From Heteronotia binoei (taxonomy: Eukaryota), in NCBI RefSeq assembly GCF_032191835.1, contig NC_083235.1, forward strand, positions 15,252,001-15,316,000: a stretch of 64,000 nt of DNA, in the 5' to 3' direction. A program made the translations under genes and the position numbers. A model generated the notes under the pieces. The model searched no databases, had not been told where the DNA came from, and saw nothing but the letters and a program-made list of their open reading frames with translations. Positions 23,276-34,050 of the stretch are shown in pieces (the stretch's first letter is position 1; every line of letters begins with the position of its first letter).

Positions 23276-23381
23276 CTCTGGAATAGCCACGGCCTCGGCC
23301 CCTTCCGCCAAAATAACCACCTCTGGATCCACGTGAAGATTTCCCTGCATGGTCAACTCTGATCTGGCGCCCATCTACAGA
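23276..23381 (-). CDS. RBM3: RBM3 exon 4
   Basis: gattAG|TCT GTA GAT GGG CGC CAG ATC...TCC AGA G|GTgagc; 106 nt. Confidence 0.96.
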
Positions 23382-24935
23382 CTAATCACACACACGAAAA
23401 CGTTTTAATGAGGGCTTTCTAGATATCATGGGAGATTGACTTGCCAAGCCTCCTGCCATCTTCAACTGCAATGAATGGACCTGGGCTGGGTTATTAACTC
23501 TAGATTACACCTATGCAACCCCTGAACTGATCAACTATACCTGCACCTGCAATTTGGCCACAAGTGGATTAAAAGTTGAAGGAATGCCAAATTTAGTACC
23601 TTGTTTTTGAGTAAGCATGCATATAATCATACTGGTAGCCTCACTTCCACCTTGCAGATCAGGCCAGATGGGAGATCTTAGGCAAAATGTTATGGATCAA
23701 GCAGAGATTTAAACCCAGATTCTAGATTTAAACATTCCAGTTGCTGCACATCAAAATTCATAGCAAGTCTAAAACTGCTTTGAGATCTAAACATATGCCA
23801 CAGTGCTTTTGGATAGCTTGAAAGGGCACAGCTTGGGCCACCTGAGATTTCTGAAGCATAAGGAAAATTTAGTGTCCTAAGGCGGCATTTTCCATCTCTG
23901 ATACAGGAACAGTGAGACATTTAATTCATCGTAGAATGGGGAAGAGAGAAGGGAGTAAGTAATCCATCTGTTAGGAGGGACTACAGAAAGAAGCTCTGAA
24001 CTAGTTTGGTATTTTTCTGATGCTTTTATTTTTCAAACAAAGCCTTTCTACCTGAACTAAAATAAGCTCAGCAGCCATGCATGCACACTCACCAACTCAT
24101 CCAATTTCGTCCATAGGTCGAACACTTAAGTACTGTCTTAGAAAGGCTGTTCAACATCAATTTGATCCACTTTCACGTTATAAATTATGGGCCAACCCAG
24201 ACATAAAAATTGGGGAAGGGGGAATGTTTTTATATGGAAGGCTTGGACCAATAGGGAGATTCATACTCAAATCATGTTTAGGATATACAAGACACACAGT
24301 AACTCTTTAGCAATGTTGAGTCAAGTGTCTAACTCACAGAACGTGACTTCTAAACGTATGCTTTCGGCATATCTGGTATTTTAGTTCTTCTGGAAGTCTT
24401 TGCTCATATCACTTTTGTGTTAGAAGATCCACTGATTTTTGAGAATGCTGCTGTACTTTATCAGCCTTGTTACATTACACAAATGCCCACCTCAGCATAT
24501 CAATGGACTGAGAAACTCAGAACTTTATCAATATTTGAATGCATGGCATATATACAGCAACTGCATATGGTTTTTAGATATTTGAGAACTTTAATAGAAG
24601 CTTCCACCGCTATTTAATAGAATCTGCCACCACTATTATATTTTCATCCCTACTTTATTTTTTTTAATTGTCACTGGATTTGGAGTTTTTTGCTTTTTTT
24701 TTGAAAGAAAAATAATTTTTAGGCCATTTAGGAAACACCTTGTCCAACAGGTACATCTGTCTCTTCTAAAACAGATTAGATTAGCCAGCTGTACTTTAAG
24801 CAGCTTCTCATGAATTACTGCTTGATCCAAGATTTTAAAAATAACAGCTAATCAGTCATAAAAGCACAAGTATACGGACAAGCTTGAAGCATTTTCACCA
24901 CTCCTAAACCAATACGAAATTTAAGCCATCCTTAC

Positions 24936-25042
24936 CTCCCCATTCATGGCTCTCATGGCATCTGACGCATGCTCAGGATTGGAAAAGGTGATAAAGCCAA
25001 ACCCTCTTGATCTCTGTGTTTCTTTGTCCTTGATCACTACAA
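24936..25042 (-). CDS. RBM3: RBM3 exon 3
   Basis: ggttctAG|TT GTA GTG ATC AAG...GGG GAG|GTaagg; 107 nt, contains RNP1 RGFGFITF. Confidence 0.97.
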
Positions 25043-25209
25043 CTAGAACCACAAAACAGAAAGTTACAAAAATCATTTGTAGAAGAGCTGGATTAGAGTT
25101 AAGTAGCACTTTAGAAACCAACAAAATTTCTCAAGGTATAAACTTTTGAGAGTCAATAGAATGAAAATGTCTTTGAATTAATCTCAACATCCACACAGAA
25201 TATTCTTAC

Positions 25210-25312
25210 CTTCAGAAATAGGACCAAAAGAGCTGAAATGCTGCTCCAGACCTTGTTCATCAGTGTCAAAGTTCAACCCCCCAACAAACAGCTTTCCTTC
25301 TTCAGAAGACAT
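25210..25312 (-). CDS. RBM3: RBM3 exon 2, coding part (whole exon 25210-25328)
   Basis: ttctgtAG|acacctcttcaccatcATGTCTTCTGAAGAAGGA...GAA G|GTaaga; 103 nt. Confidence 0.97.
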
Positions 25313-26449
25313 GATGGTGAAGAGGTGTCTACAGAACAACACACACAAAAATATGCGCTAGAAAAACAAATGTTGGTTGATCTTTTCAGCTAAGCATAAG
25401 AGCCACATGCTCCTTACTTATGTACAAGATGACTGAAAGTCTAGATATGAACACCATACAACACATTTCTTTGTGCATCTGTCCCCACCGCCCAAATCCT
25501 CTGTTCTCTACAGCTGGCCATATTACAATACTTCTGATTCAGTGGCAAGCAAAGCAACATGGTTTTACAAGATTACACTCAGTAGAAACTCAGGTCACAT
25601 CAAGCAAAAATAAGACTATTTTGTGTAACCCTACAAAAGCACATCTGGCGGAAGCAGCAGCTACGTGGCAGGAACAGCAGCCACATTGGCTTCCAAGCCT
25701 CATCAAGGCATTGGGACCCATTTTTTCTACAATATAATCCTACTTTTAACCCTGTCTGAAGAAATATGTCTACATTCTGTTTTGAGTCACTAAAAAAAAG
25801 TATGAGGAAAGGGTTGCTAATTTTTCTTTAAAAACCTAGAAAAGAGCTAGAAAAAGCCAGCACTACAGCAAATTGTGATTATAGCTTATATAGCAACTAG
25901 CACCTGACTAGTACCCAAGTTCAAACCTCCACTCACCATAAAAATTGCAAGGAGTCCACAGGTTAGCCCTTCTTCTCATCAACCTAAACCTAACCTACCT
26001 CAAACCTGGTCCAGAGCTCCTTGGCAGAATGGAAAAGTGAAGCACACTAAATAACCCAGTGTGCAAGCTGGCATCTATAAATGTAAACTGCACGCCTAAC
26101 TTTTACTTCTAGAGCTCTCATCTTGTTTTAAGCCACCTCAGGGGTCACCTGGAGCATCAGTCCAGCAGTGGGCTGCAAACCCCCAAGTGTGGCCTAGCCT
26201 GGTAATCACCTGGGATGCAACTGATCTCACAGTGACAGAGATCACCTCCCTTGGAGAAACTGGCTGCTTTGGAGATCTGCAGCATTGTACGCCTCCTGAA
26301 CTTTCCCTCCACAGGAATTTCCCAATGTGGTGTGAGCAACCCTAGACTCCACTGAGCTACATAGGGACTGAGGGCTGGGCCTTCAACCTCCACTTCCGCC
26401 TGTCACGTTAGGAAGATCAATTATGTCTCACTTCCCACAGCTACTAAAG

Positions 26450-27195
26450 GGGTGGCTAAACTGTGGCTCAGGAGTCCCATGTGACTCCTTCACACATCTT
26501 GCATGGCTCTCAAGGCCCTCACTGCTCCATTGGCTAGCTTGAAGAATACATTTTAAATTAAAGTTGCTTTCTTTAAACATCTCTCATCTATTTTTCTCCC
26601 TTCCTAGGGGGTTGAAAGATCTGTGTTGGAAAATACCTGGAAACCTTTGGGAGTGAAGCTGGGAGACAGTAGGGTTTGAGGGAAGGGAGGGGCCTCAACG
26701 TGGTATAATGCCAGAGTCCACCATTCAAAGCAGCCATTTTCTCCAGGGGAGCTGATCTCTGCCAGCTGGAGATCAGTTGTAAAAGTATGAGATCTCCAGG
26801 CCCCACCTGGAGGCTGGCAACCTTATGCCTTCCTTCCTAACTTGCAGCTCTCAAACGTCTGATGTTTATTCTATATCAAGGGTGTCCAAACTGTGGCTCG
26901 GGAGCCACGTGGCTCTTTCACACATATTGTATGGCTCTTAAAGTCCCCACTGCCCTGTTAGCTGGCAGCTTGGAGAATGCATTTAAAATTGCTTTCTTTC
27001 CACCTCTCCCTGCCTTCTCCCTCGCCATCTATTTTTCCTTCCTTCCTTCATCTGACAGTGTCCTGTGCCTCTCAGACAGATGTTATTCTTGTATTTCGGC
27101 CCTCAGACATCTGATGTTTCTGTCTTGTGGCTCTCAGGCATCTGACTTTTATTCTATGTGGCTCTTTTGTTAAGCAAGTTTGGCCACCTTTATAC
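26450..27195. mobile_element. Nested hAT MITE copies plus a GGGTTGCCA-family fragment in RBM3 intron 1
   Basis: Termini ggggtggctaaactgtggc and aggggtgtccaaactgtggc...gtttggccacc. Confidence 0.7.
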
Positions 27196-27199
27196 TGCG

Positions 27200-28220
27200 T
27201 GCCGGGGGGGGGGGGCATTCACGCCTCCGCGCCTTCTTATCACAATAAGGAAGTCCGATTTCCTGCACGGAGAGGGGAGAAAGCGCGTCTGTGGCCTCGC
27301 AGAAATCCGGCTTCGTCGACGAGCGAGGCCGCCTCCATTTCCCCGCCTCGAGCGCCATCTTGTTCACCCCGAGCGCTCAGCCGAGCAGCGTCTGTAGAGA
27401 ACCCAAGATGGCGGCCGAGGCACGGCCCAGGGGGCGACGCGTTTCCCACCAACCCGGAGGAAACACTCGACTTTTGGTTTTTCAGCCCCTCGACTTAGGA
27501 GCAGCCCGCCGAGCCCTGTGCAGCCCCCGCCCGAAAAAAAAAAAAACCCACACCATTGCCTTCCTCAGTGCTAGAAACAGCGTTCCCGCGCTAAGCCGCA
27601 TGCGCACAGCCGTTAGCGTCCTCGCGGGCCGCTCCCGTCGCGCATGCGCTCTCGAACCACCGCGCTGGGCCACCCACGCTCCCCCTTCCCTGTTCTTTTT
27701 CTTACGACGTCACTTTCACTAACGGTCGCTACCGCCGAGACCACAGCTAAAAAACACGTTTTCTTTACTCCTGAAAGGGATAACAAACATACCCAGAAGG
27801 GGCGGGGGGGTGTAAAAAAAGGCTTTACGATTATTTCCTTCCCAACTCACCAGATGACGCTTACCAAGCTGGAGCTGCTGGAAATGCGGGCCGAGGCGCC
27901 ACCCGCGCGACGCTTATATAGGGGACCGCCCACTAATGCTGGTCACGCGACCGTTACTCCGCCCTCTTTTTATGCTACGCATGCGTCCAGGGGTGGTTGG
28001 CGGCCAACGGTTGTAACTGAGACTGGGGAAAAGAACAAAAAAAAAAAAGTTACCATCCGGGCTTTGATTCAACTGACTTTCTCCAAAAAGACTCCCGAGT
28101 GCGTCATCCGGGGGTCTTGCTTGTCTTGCGCAACCGCCCTGTTCCCTAGAAGAGGTTGAACAAGAGAGCTTCACGCTGCATCTGCTTCCGGTTCCCTTTT
28201 AGAAACCCACGTGGGAAGCA
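27200..28220 (-). promoter_or_regulatory. RBM3: RBM3 CpG-island promoter with TATA box
   Basis: TATATAAG (27913-27920), YY1-type motifs (27352-27362, 27405-27415), NRF1 palindromes (27595-27606, 27640-27649) and E-box cccacgtggg (28207-28216). Confidence 0.82.
27851..27890 (-). other. RBM3: RBM3 short non-coding exon 1 (two candidate donors: exon ends 27865 or 27851)
   Basis: Inr-like GCATTTC about 35 nt downstream of TATATAAG. Donors are TTG|GTAAGC and CTG|GTGAGT. Confidence 0.75.
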
Positions 28221-28324
28221 AAAAGCATAGCTTTCCATTTTTTAAAATTCAATTCAATGCTATAACATAGCATTCAAATTTTTTTTTTAAATGACATTGG
28301 TCGAGTTGGAGTCGCCTTTTCGTT

Positions 28325-28680
28325 GCAGTAGAATCATAAGATTTGGAAACGATCTCCAGGATCATCTAGTCCTCCAACCTCCTTGCACAATGCGGGAAAC
28401 TCACAAATTTGTTGTTGTTCAGCCGCACAGTCGAGTCCGACTCTTTGCGACCCCATGGACAAAGTCACGCCAAGCCCTCCTGTCTTCCACCATCCTCCGA
28501 AGTCTGCTCAAATTCGTGTTTGTTACATCAGTAAAGCTGTCCAGCCATCTCATCTTTTGCCCTCTCCTTCTTTTGCCTTCTGTCTTTCCCAGCATATCTT
28601 CCCCTAAATTCACAGGATCCTCATTGCTATCAGAGGGCCATCTAGCCTGTTGCAAAACCTCCAAGGAAGGAGACCCCATC
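28325..28680 (-). mobile_element. CR1 3' end interrupted by a BovB (RTE) 3' fragment (about 28410-28593)
   Basis: BovB-like LGKTEGKRRRGQKMRWLDS..EDRRAW with an (aac)n tail. The flanks rejoin the sequence seen in the 11385-11860 CR1 copy. Confidence 0.82.
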
Positions 28681-29469
28681 TTGCACTTTGATTTATTTCA
28701 GTACTTTGAAATAAATCAACTGTACCTGCAACGCTTCTTTTGTTTCCTGGGAGAAGCTGATGATGGGATAGATCCCCTTCCCCGGGGAAAGAGTTTGAGA
28801 AAATGAAGATCTTGATAGAAACGAGAAGTGACACGTGGGTATTTAGTGCCTTTCGTTTTTAAACAGGTCTTTTGGAAACGCGTGTCTCGGGGTTATTAGG
28901 CGCCCGGGTAAAGTTTGTAACTGACGGGGGGGGGGGGGGGGACGGTTAATTTTTCCTTTTCAGATTATGGGGTTTGCCCGCGAAACTGAGGGGGAAGGGA
29001 GGAATCAGTCTCCAATTGCTCGCCGCCCCCCTGCTCAAGACGCCTTAACAAGTATGAAGATATTTTAAAATTATTTACTACTATGGAGTTGATACGCTGG
29101 ACTGCTTTAGTTGAAGAATATGGAAAAGAATGAAGGGAAGGCTCCCTAGAAAGTTCCAAACACCTAGAAAGTGTTTGGTTATACGGAGGAAAGTGGAAAA
29201 CGATGGAAAGATTAAAAAAAAAAAAACAGTTGTGGAGCATAATATTAGAATAATGGCAAAATATTATACCAGAACTGTTGACAATTCTTTGGATTATTCA
29301 TTCAGCTTGTAACAATTTTTGCTGCAATTCATGGAACAAACGCAATAAAAACTGTATTGCCTGTGAAAGAGGCCTTAACTCCTTTCTTTCTCTCCCCTCC
29401 CTCCCCTTACCATCCAGCCTGATAAAAAGTACAGGGGGAGATGAACGCTCCTGAACAATTTTGTAGCAA

Positions 29470-29925
29470 TAGGGTTGCCAATCCCCAGGTGGGGACAAGG
29501 GATCCCCCGGTTTGGAGGTCCTCCCCACGCTTCAGGGTCATCAGAAAGTGGGGGGAGGGGAGGGAAATGTCTGCTGGGCACTGTATTATTCCTTATGGAG
29601 ACTTATTCCCATAGGAAAAACTGGAGAATTGATCTGTAGGTATCTGGGGCTCTGGGGTGGGGCTGTTTTTTGAGGTAGAGGCAACAGATTTTCAGTATAG
29701 CAGCCAGTGTCTCTCCCCAAAATACCTCCCCAGTTTCAAAAAGATTGGACCAGGGGGTCCAATTCTATGAGCCCCCAAAGAAGGTGCCCCTATCCTTCAT
29801 TATTTCATATGGAAAGAAAGCATTTAAATGTGATGGCCAGAACTCCCAATTATGCTTGTCACACCCTTGCTCCTGGCTCCACCCCCAAAGTCCCCAGATA
29901 TTTCTTGAATTGGACTTGGCAACTC
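29470..29925. mobile_element. TAGGGTTGCCA-TIR DNA transposon family (also 35280-35640, 39040-39525, 42810-42960, 47280-47482, 50480-50640, 62270-62420)
   Basis: Termini agggttgccaa / ttggcaactcta with a shared interior among copies. Confidence 0.75.
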
Positions 29926-31025
29926 TATGTGGTAATAAAAGGGATAACGCCATTTTTTTAAGAGGCATTTCGAGGATATTTTGAGAACTGACAATGATAG
30001 TCCCCCCCCCACCAAAAAATCCTGCCTGCGGCCTCACCAAATTAAAAATCCTGGCTACAGGCCTGCACGTGCTTTCTCTGTTGCGGCTCCCGCTTTCCCC
30101 AGGAGGCCAGGAAAGCTCCGCTGCAAGCAATGCAAAACTGTACTGTTTGACATTTCTGTGCAGGTACTAAGGTTGCGGTGCACAAAATAGTTCACAAATT
30201 TACTTGAGTCTGCTGTCTGTACTGCCACGTGTAGCTTATTGTAAGTAGGATCCTATTGTGTAATTTCTGTACTGCTTAATGCTCTGCTTCAATTCTCTGT
30301 GGAGCCCCAGATACCCATGGATCAGTTCTCCATTATATCCTATGGGAATCAGTCTCCATAGGGAATAATAGAGTGCTCAGCAGACATTTCCCTCCCCCCC
30401 CCTTTCTAATGACCCTGGAGCACTTGGTGATCGGCAACTCTACTTGAGTCCCTGTGAGAATGTACCGTAAATAATTTCTTCTAATGGAACTGGCAGTTAG
30501 AACTACAAGGAACAGCAGAGACAGATATTTTTGACATGACAGTGAAAAGGGGAAGGAGAACTTTGCAGTTCTCTTAGTATCCTATGCTTGGTCTGCAGAA
30601 GAGAGGAGATAAAACACCAGAATGCACAGAGCCTGACAATTGCACCAGAAATCATAGTCACCCATCTGCTACTACCCTGGAGCATCAGCCATTACTGGGG
30701 GCACTTTACAGGCAGTCCTCCAACAGGGACAGCAGTGCCAGGCCAGTTGTCTACTAACCCTCCAGGGGGACGTTTGGCTATGCTGCTTTGCCAATGTGCT
30801 GGATTCTAACCTGGCACTGTTGCAAGTTGCTTGCCAGGCAGTACCTGCTCTTGTGCATCCTGGCAAGGCATGGGAGCCTCGCTGGAACAAGAGAGTTGGC
30901 AGTCCCCCTCGTCTGCTTAGCGTTCTCTGCTCTGTGGCTCTTTATTTCATTAGGATTTGATCGGAAGAGGTCGGTTCTTGGCCCACTGCTTTCTACTAAT
31001 CTCAGCTGTCCGGTATGGAACTTTA

Positions 31026-31237
31026 GGGAGGGACGGTGGCTTAGTGGTAGAGCATCTGCTTGGTAAGCAGAAGGTCCTAGGTTCAGTTCCTGGCATCTCC
31101 AACTAAAAAGGGTCCAGGCAAGTAGGTGTGAAAAACCTCAGCTTGAGACCCTGGAGAGCCGCTGCCAGTCTGAGTAGACAATACTGACTTTGATGGACCC
31201 AGGGTCTGATTCAGTATAAGGCAGCTTCATATGTTCA
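31026..31237 (+). mobile_element. Squam2-like tRNA-SINE (also 38850-38980, 53420-53615, 53640-53850, 54150-54240, 54450-54655)
   Basis: tRNA-like head ggtggcttagtggtagagc...ggttcagttcc, body, and tail ...cttcatatgttc. Confidence 0.85.
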
Positions 31238-31394
31238 ATTTGTGGGGGGTGGGGGGAGGGAGAGTTGCCAACTCCCTCATTTCAGTAAGCTTCTGCACCT
31301 TCTCAAGCTTGCCTTCACATACTATGGATGGACAGGCAAGCCCCTGAGTACGATGGATGTGTTGGGCAGAAGTCTGTCAGAGCAGCTCATGAGC

Positions 31395-31587
31395 AGTGCT
31401 CCCTCTAAGCTGAGTTAGTGTGAGCTAGCTCACAGTATTTTAGCCTCCAGCCGACACATTTTTGTTTTAGCGCAGGGAAAATGCCCCTAGAGGAAACTAA
31501 TTTTTGCAGTAGCTCACAACTAACGGCAGTAGCTCATAAAGTAGAATTTTTGCTCACAAGACTCCACAGCTCAGAGGGAACGTTGTT
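31395..31587. mobile_element. CAGTGTTCCCTCTAAG-TIR MITE (also 57248-57438)
   Basis: Same family as 8266-8439. Confidence 0.8.
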
Positions 31588-32214
31588 CATGAGCTGAGCT
31601 GCAAAGGAAGGAACAACCTCAGGCAGGGCTTTTTTTTATAGCCCAGCAGGAACTCATTTGCATATGAGGCCACACACCCCAATGCCAAGCCGGCTGGAAC
31701 TGCATTCCTTTGCGTTCCTGCTCAAAAAAAGCCCGGACTCAGAAGTGGGGAAGGGATTTACTTTTTGCACAGAGCTGCTGTTGCAAGGGGGAGGAGGCTT
31801 CTTAGGTTGCACATCCCCACCCACCCACTTCCGGCGTCTTATAAGCCATCCAGCCTGCAGGACAGAGAGATGGGGCAGTTGGAGGCAAGGACACCCCCTT
31901 CCCGCCGCCTGCTGCAGGCAATGGTGTTAGGCAGGGGTGGGGAGCGTCCATCCCGAGGGCCATATACGGCCCTTGAGATCACTTGGTCCGGCCCTCAGGG
32001 ATTACTGGGCCAAGCTGAGCCACGTGGTGGCCTCCCTGGGGCCTGGCTGGCCAGTGAGGATCGTGGGGTCCAGCTGTGCTGTGCAGTGGCCTCCCTGGGG
32101 GCCCAGCAGGGGTTGCGGGGCCCAGTTGAGCTGCACAGCTGCCTCCCTGGGGCCTGGCCAGCCAGCCACAATTGCTGCAAGGCCTGGAAAAGTCACTGTC
32201 ACAGTTCAGGTACT

Positions 32215-32475
32215 TTTCCCCTCATTTTTTAATTTCCCTTTCTATTTCTTCCCCCCATTTCTTTGTTTCCCTTAATTCCCCTTTCTTTCTTCCCCACTTT
32301 CTTTATTTTCTTTTATTACTCTTTCTTCTCCCCATTTATTTCCTTCTTTTCATTTCTCCCCCACATTTATTTATTTCCCTTTGTTCACCCCCTTTCTTGC
32401 TTTCCTTTCTTTCAATTTCTTCTCCCCTTTATTTCCCTTTCTTCGCCCCATTTCTTTATCCCCCCTCCTCTCTCT
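32215..32475. repeat. Pyrimidine-rich low-complexity tract
   Basis: Almost entirely T/C; produces the spurious F/L/S/P-rich ORFs in the ORF track. Confidence 0.85.
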
Positions 32476-33592
32476 GTGGAGCCTGAGTTGTGCGCATTGT
32501 GAAGGACTGCTGCTGGGGTCTGTGGGTGCCTTTAAAGGTCTGCTGGGAGCAGCAGCAGTTGCCGCATGAAGGGAGGGAGGGCTGGCTGGCAGGAATGGGG
32601 GATGGGAGCCAGCTACCACCAGTTCAATTTGCACTTCATGATCCCAGATGGTGTGGCCTAATACGCTAATGAGCGTGTGACCTGATATGCTAACATTAGG
32701 CCGGGATGTGGTCTTAATATGCTAATGAGTTCCTGCTGGACTTTTTCTACAAAAAAAGCCCTGGACAGCATTTGCCTAGGACGGCGGGCCAGGTGTGTGT
32801 GTACCAAATTAGGCTCTCCCCACATGACTTCAAATAGAAAAACAATTATTTGCATTGATTTTGCCGGCCTGAATCGTTCTCCCTCAGCGGAGCACCATTT
32901 TTTAAGTTGATTATTTTGTATGGCCCACGAATGACGTTATAAATATCTGAATGGCCCTTGGCAGAAAAAGGCTTCCCCGATTGGTAAACCGATTGGTGTT
33001 TGGGTCTGCCGGTCAGCATGAATTACCCTTGACAAGGAATTGTATTTGAGAGTGCAAGTCACCCACTCAGCCTAAACTACCTCACAGAGTTGTGAAGATA
33101 AAATGGAGAAGAAGAGAGCAACATCAGGCGCTTTGGGCCCCCGTCAGAGAGAATAGCAGAGTGCTATTCAATTAATTGCATGTATATCTTGCCCCCATCC
33201 CATGGTGGGCTCAGGTAGCTAGCGACATATGAAATAAATGAATAAGTTCAGGGCTTTTTTTTTGAGCAGGAAAACACAGGAACACAGTTCTGGCTGGCTT
33301 GGTGTCAGATGTGTAATATGCAAATAAGTTCCTGCTGGTCTTTTCTATAAAAAAAAGCCCTGAATAAGTTAACCACCTTGCCCGGGACTCCCTCTAGGAC
33401 AGGGGTCCCCAATGTGGTGCCCACCAAGTGTTTTTTAAAAGTGGATGGGGCCAAGGAGGGCTTTTGCCAATGGCTTCTAGGCAGCTGGTGGAGATTTGAT
33501 TACTTCTGCAGATTTTTGAAATATTCCTTTGACAGGCTGGAGCAGCACAAGGATCTTTGCTTTGTGACTGAAAGTAAGCTATGGGGCAGGCA

Positions 33593-33678
33593 GCTTTATG
33601 TAGTGTACAAAGCACATGTAGTGTGCTTTATGTAGTGTACAAAGCACATGTAGTGTGCTTTATGTAGTGTACAAAGCA
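33593..33678 (+). repeat. 32-bp tandem repeat, about 2.7 copies
   Basis: Unit gctttatgtagtgtacaaagcacatgtagtgt. Confidence 0.85.
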
Positions 33679-33710
33679 GCAGGAAACACACATCACGTGT
33701 TTGTCTAAAT

Positions 33711-34050
33711 TAGGGGTCCCCAACCTTCTGGAGTCGCATGTGCCTTTGGAATTCTGTGTGGTGGGCGCAGCCACAAAATGGCTGTTGCCAACATAGGTGC
33801 CTCAGGAGACTGAGCCAGCCACAAAATGGCTGCCGCAGCTTCCCTTCAGTCAATGCAGTGGTGGTAGCTGCTGCTGAAGTAACATTTTAAAAAATCTGCA
33901 CAGCCAATCAAATCTCTGATGGTTTATCAGAAAACTTTAAGGGCAAAAGCCCCACCTGGCCTCACCCATTTTCTAAAAACACTTGGCAGACACCAGGAAA
34001 GGTGTAAGCAGGCTCCATTTTGCCTATGGGCACTATTTTGGGGACCCCTG
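33711..34050. mobile_element. hAT element nested in a related element (about 33400-34067)
   Basis: Perfect TSD gtctaaat and termini taggggtcccc / gggacccctg. Confidence 0.8.

Larger units (their letters stand above)
22100..27890 (-). other. RBM3: RBM3 gene span (7 exons, 151 aa)
   Basis: [152 protein letters not shown]- and C-termini match RBM3 and all junctions are GT-AG and in phase. Confidence 0.95.

Noticed and set aside
31026-31100. tRNA genes at SINE heads (also 12511, 17527, 53640)
   Set aside because: A and B boxes are present but there is no complete cloverleaf, and each continues into a SINE body and tail.
32171-32634. Hydrophobic F/L-rich membrane-protein-like ORFs
   Set aside because: They are translations of a T/C low-complexity tract.
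33593-33678. CRISPR-like array (32-bp repeats); also the triplicated SINE at 12561-12940
   Set aside because: The repeats are contiguous with no unique spacers, the context is eukaryotic, and there are no cas genes.
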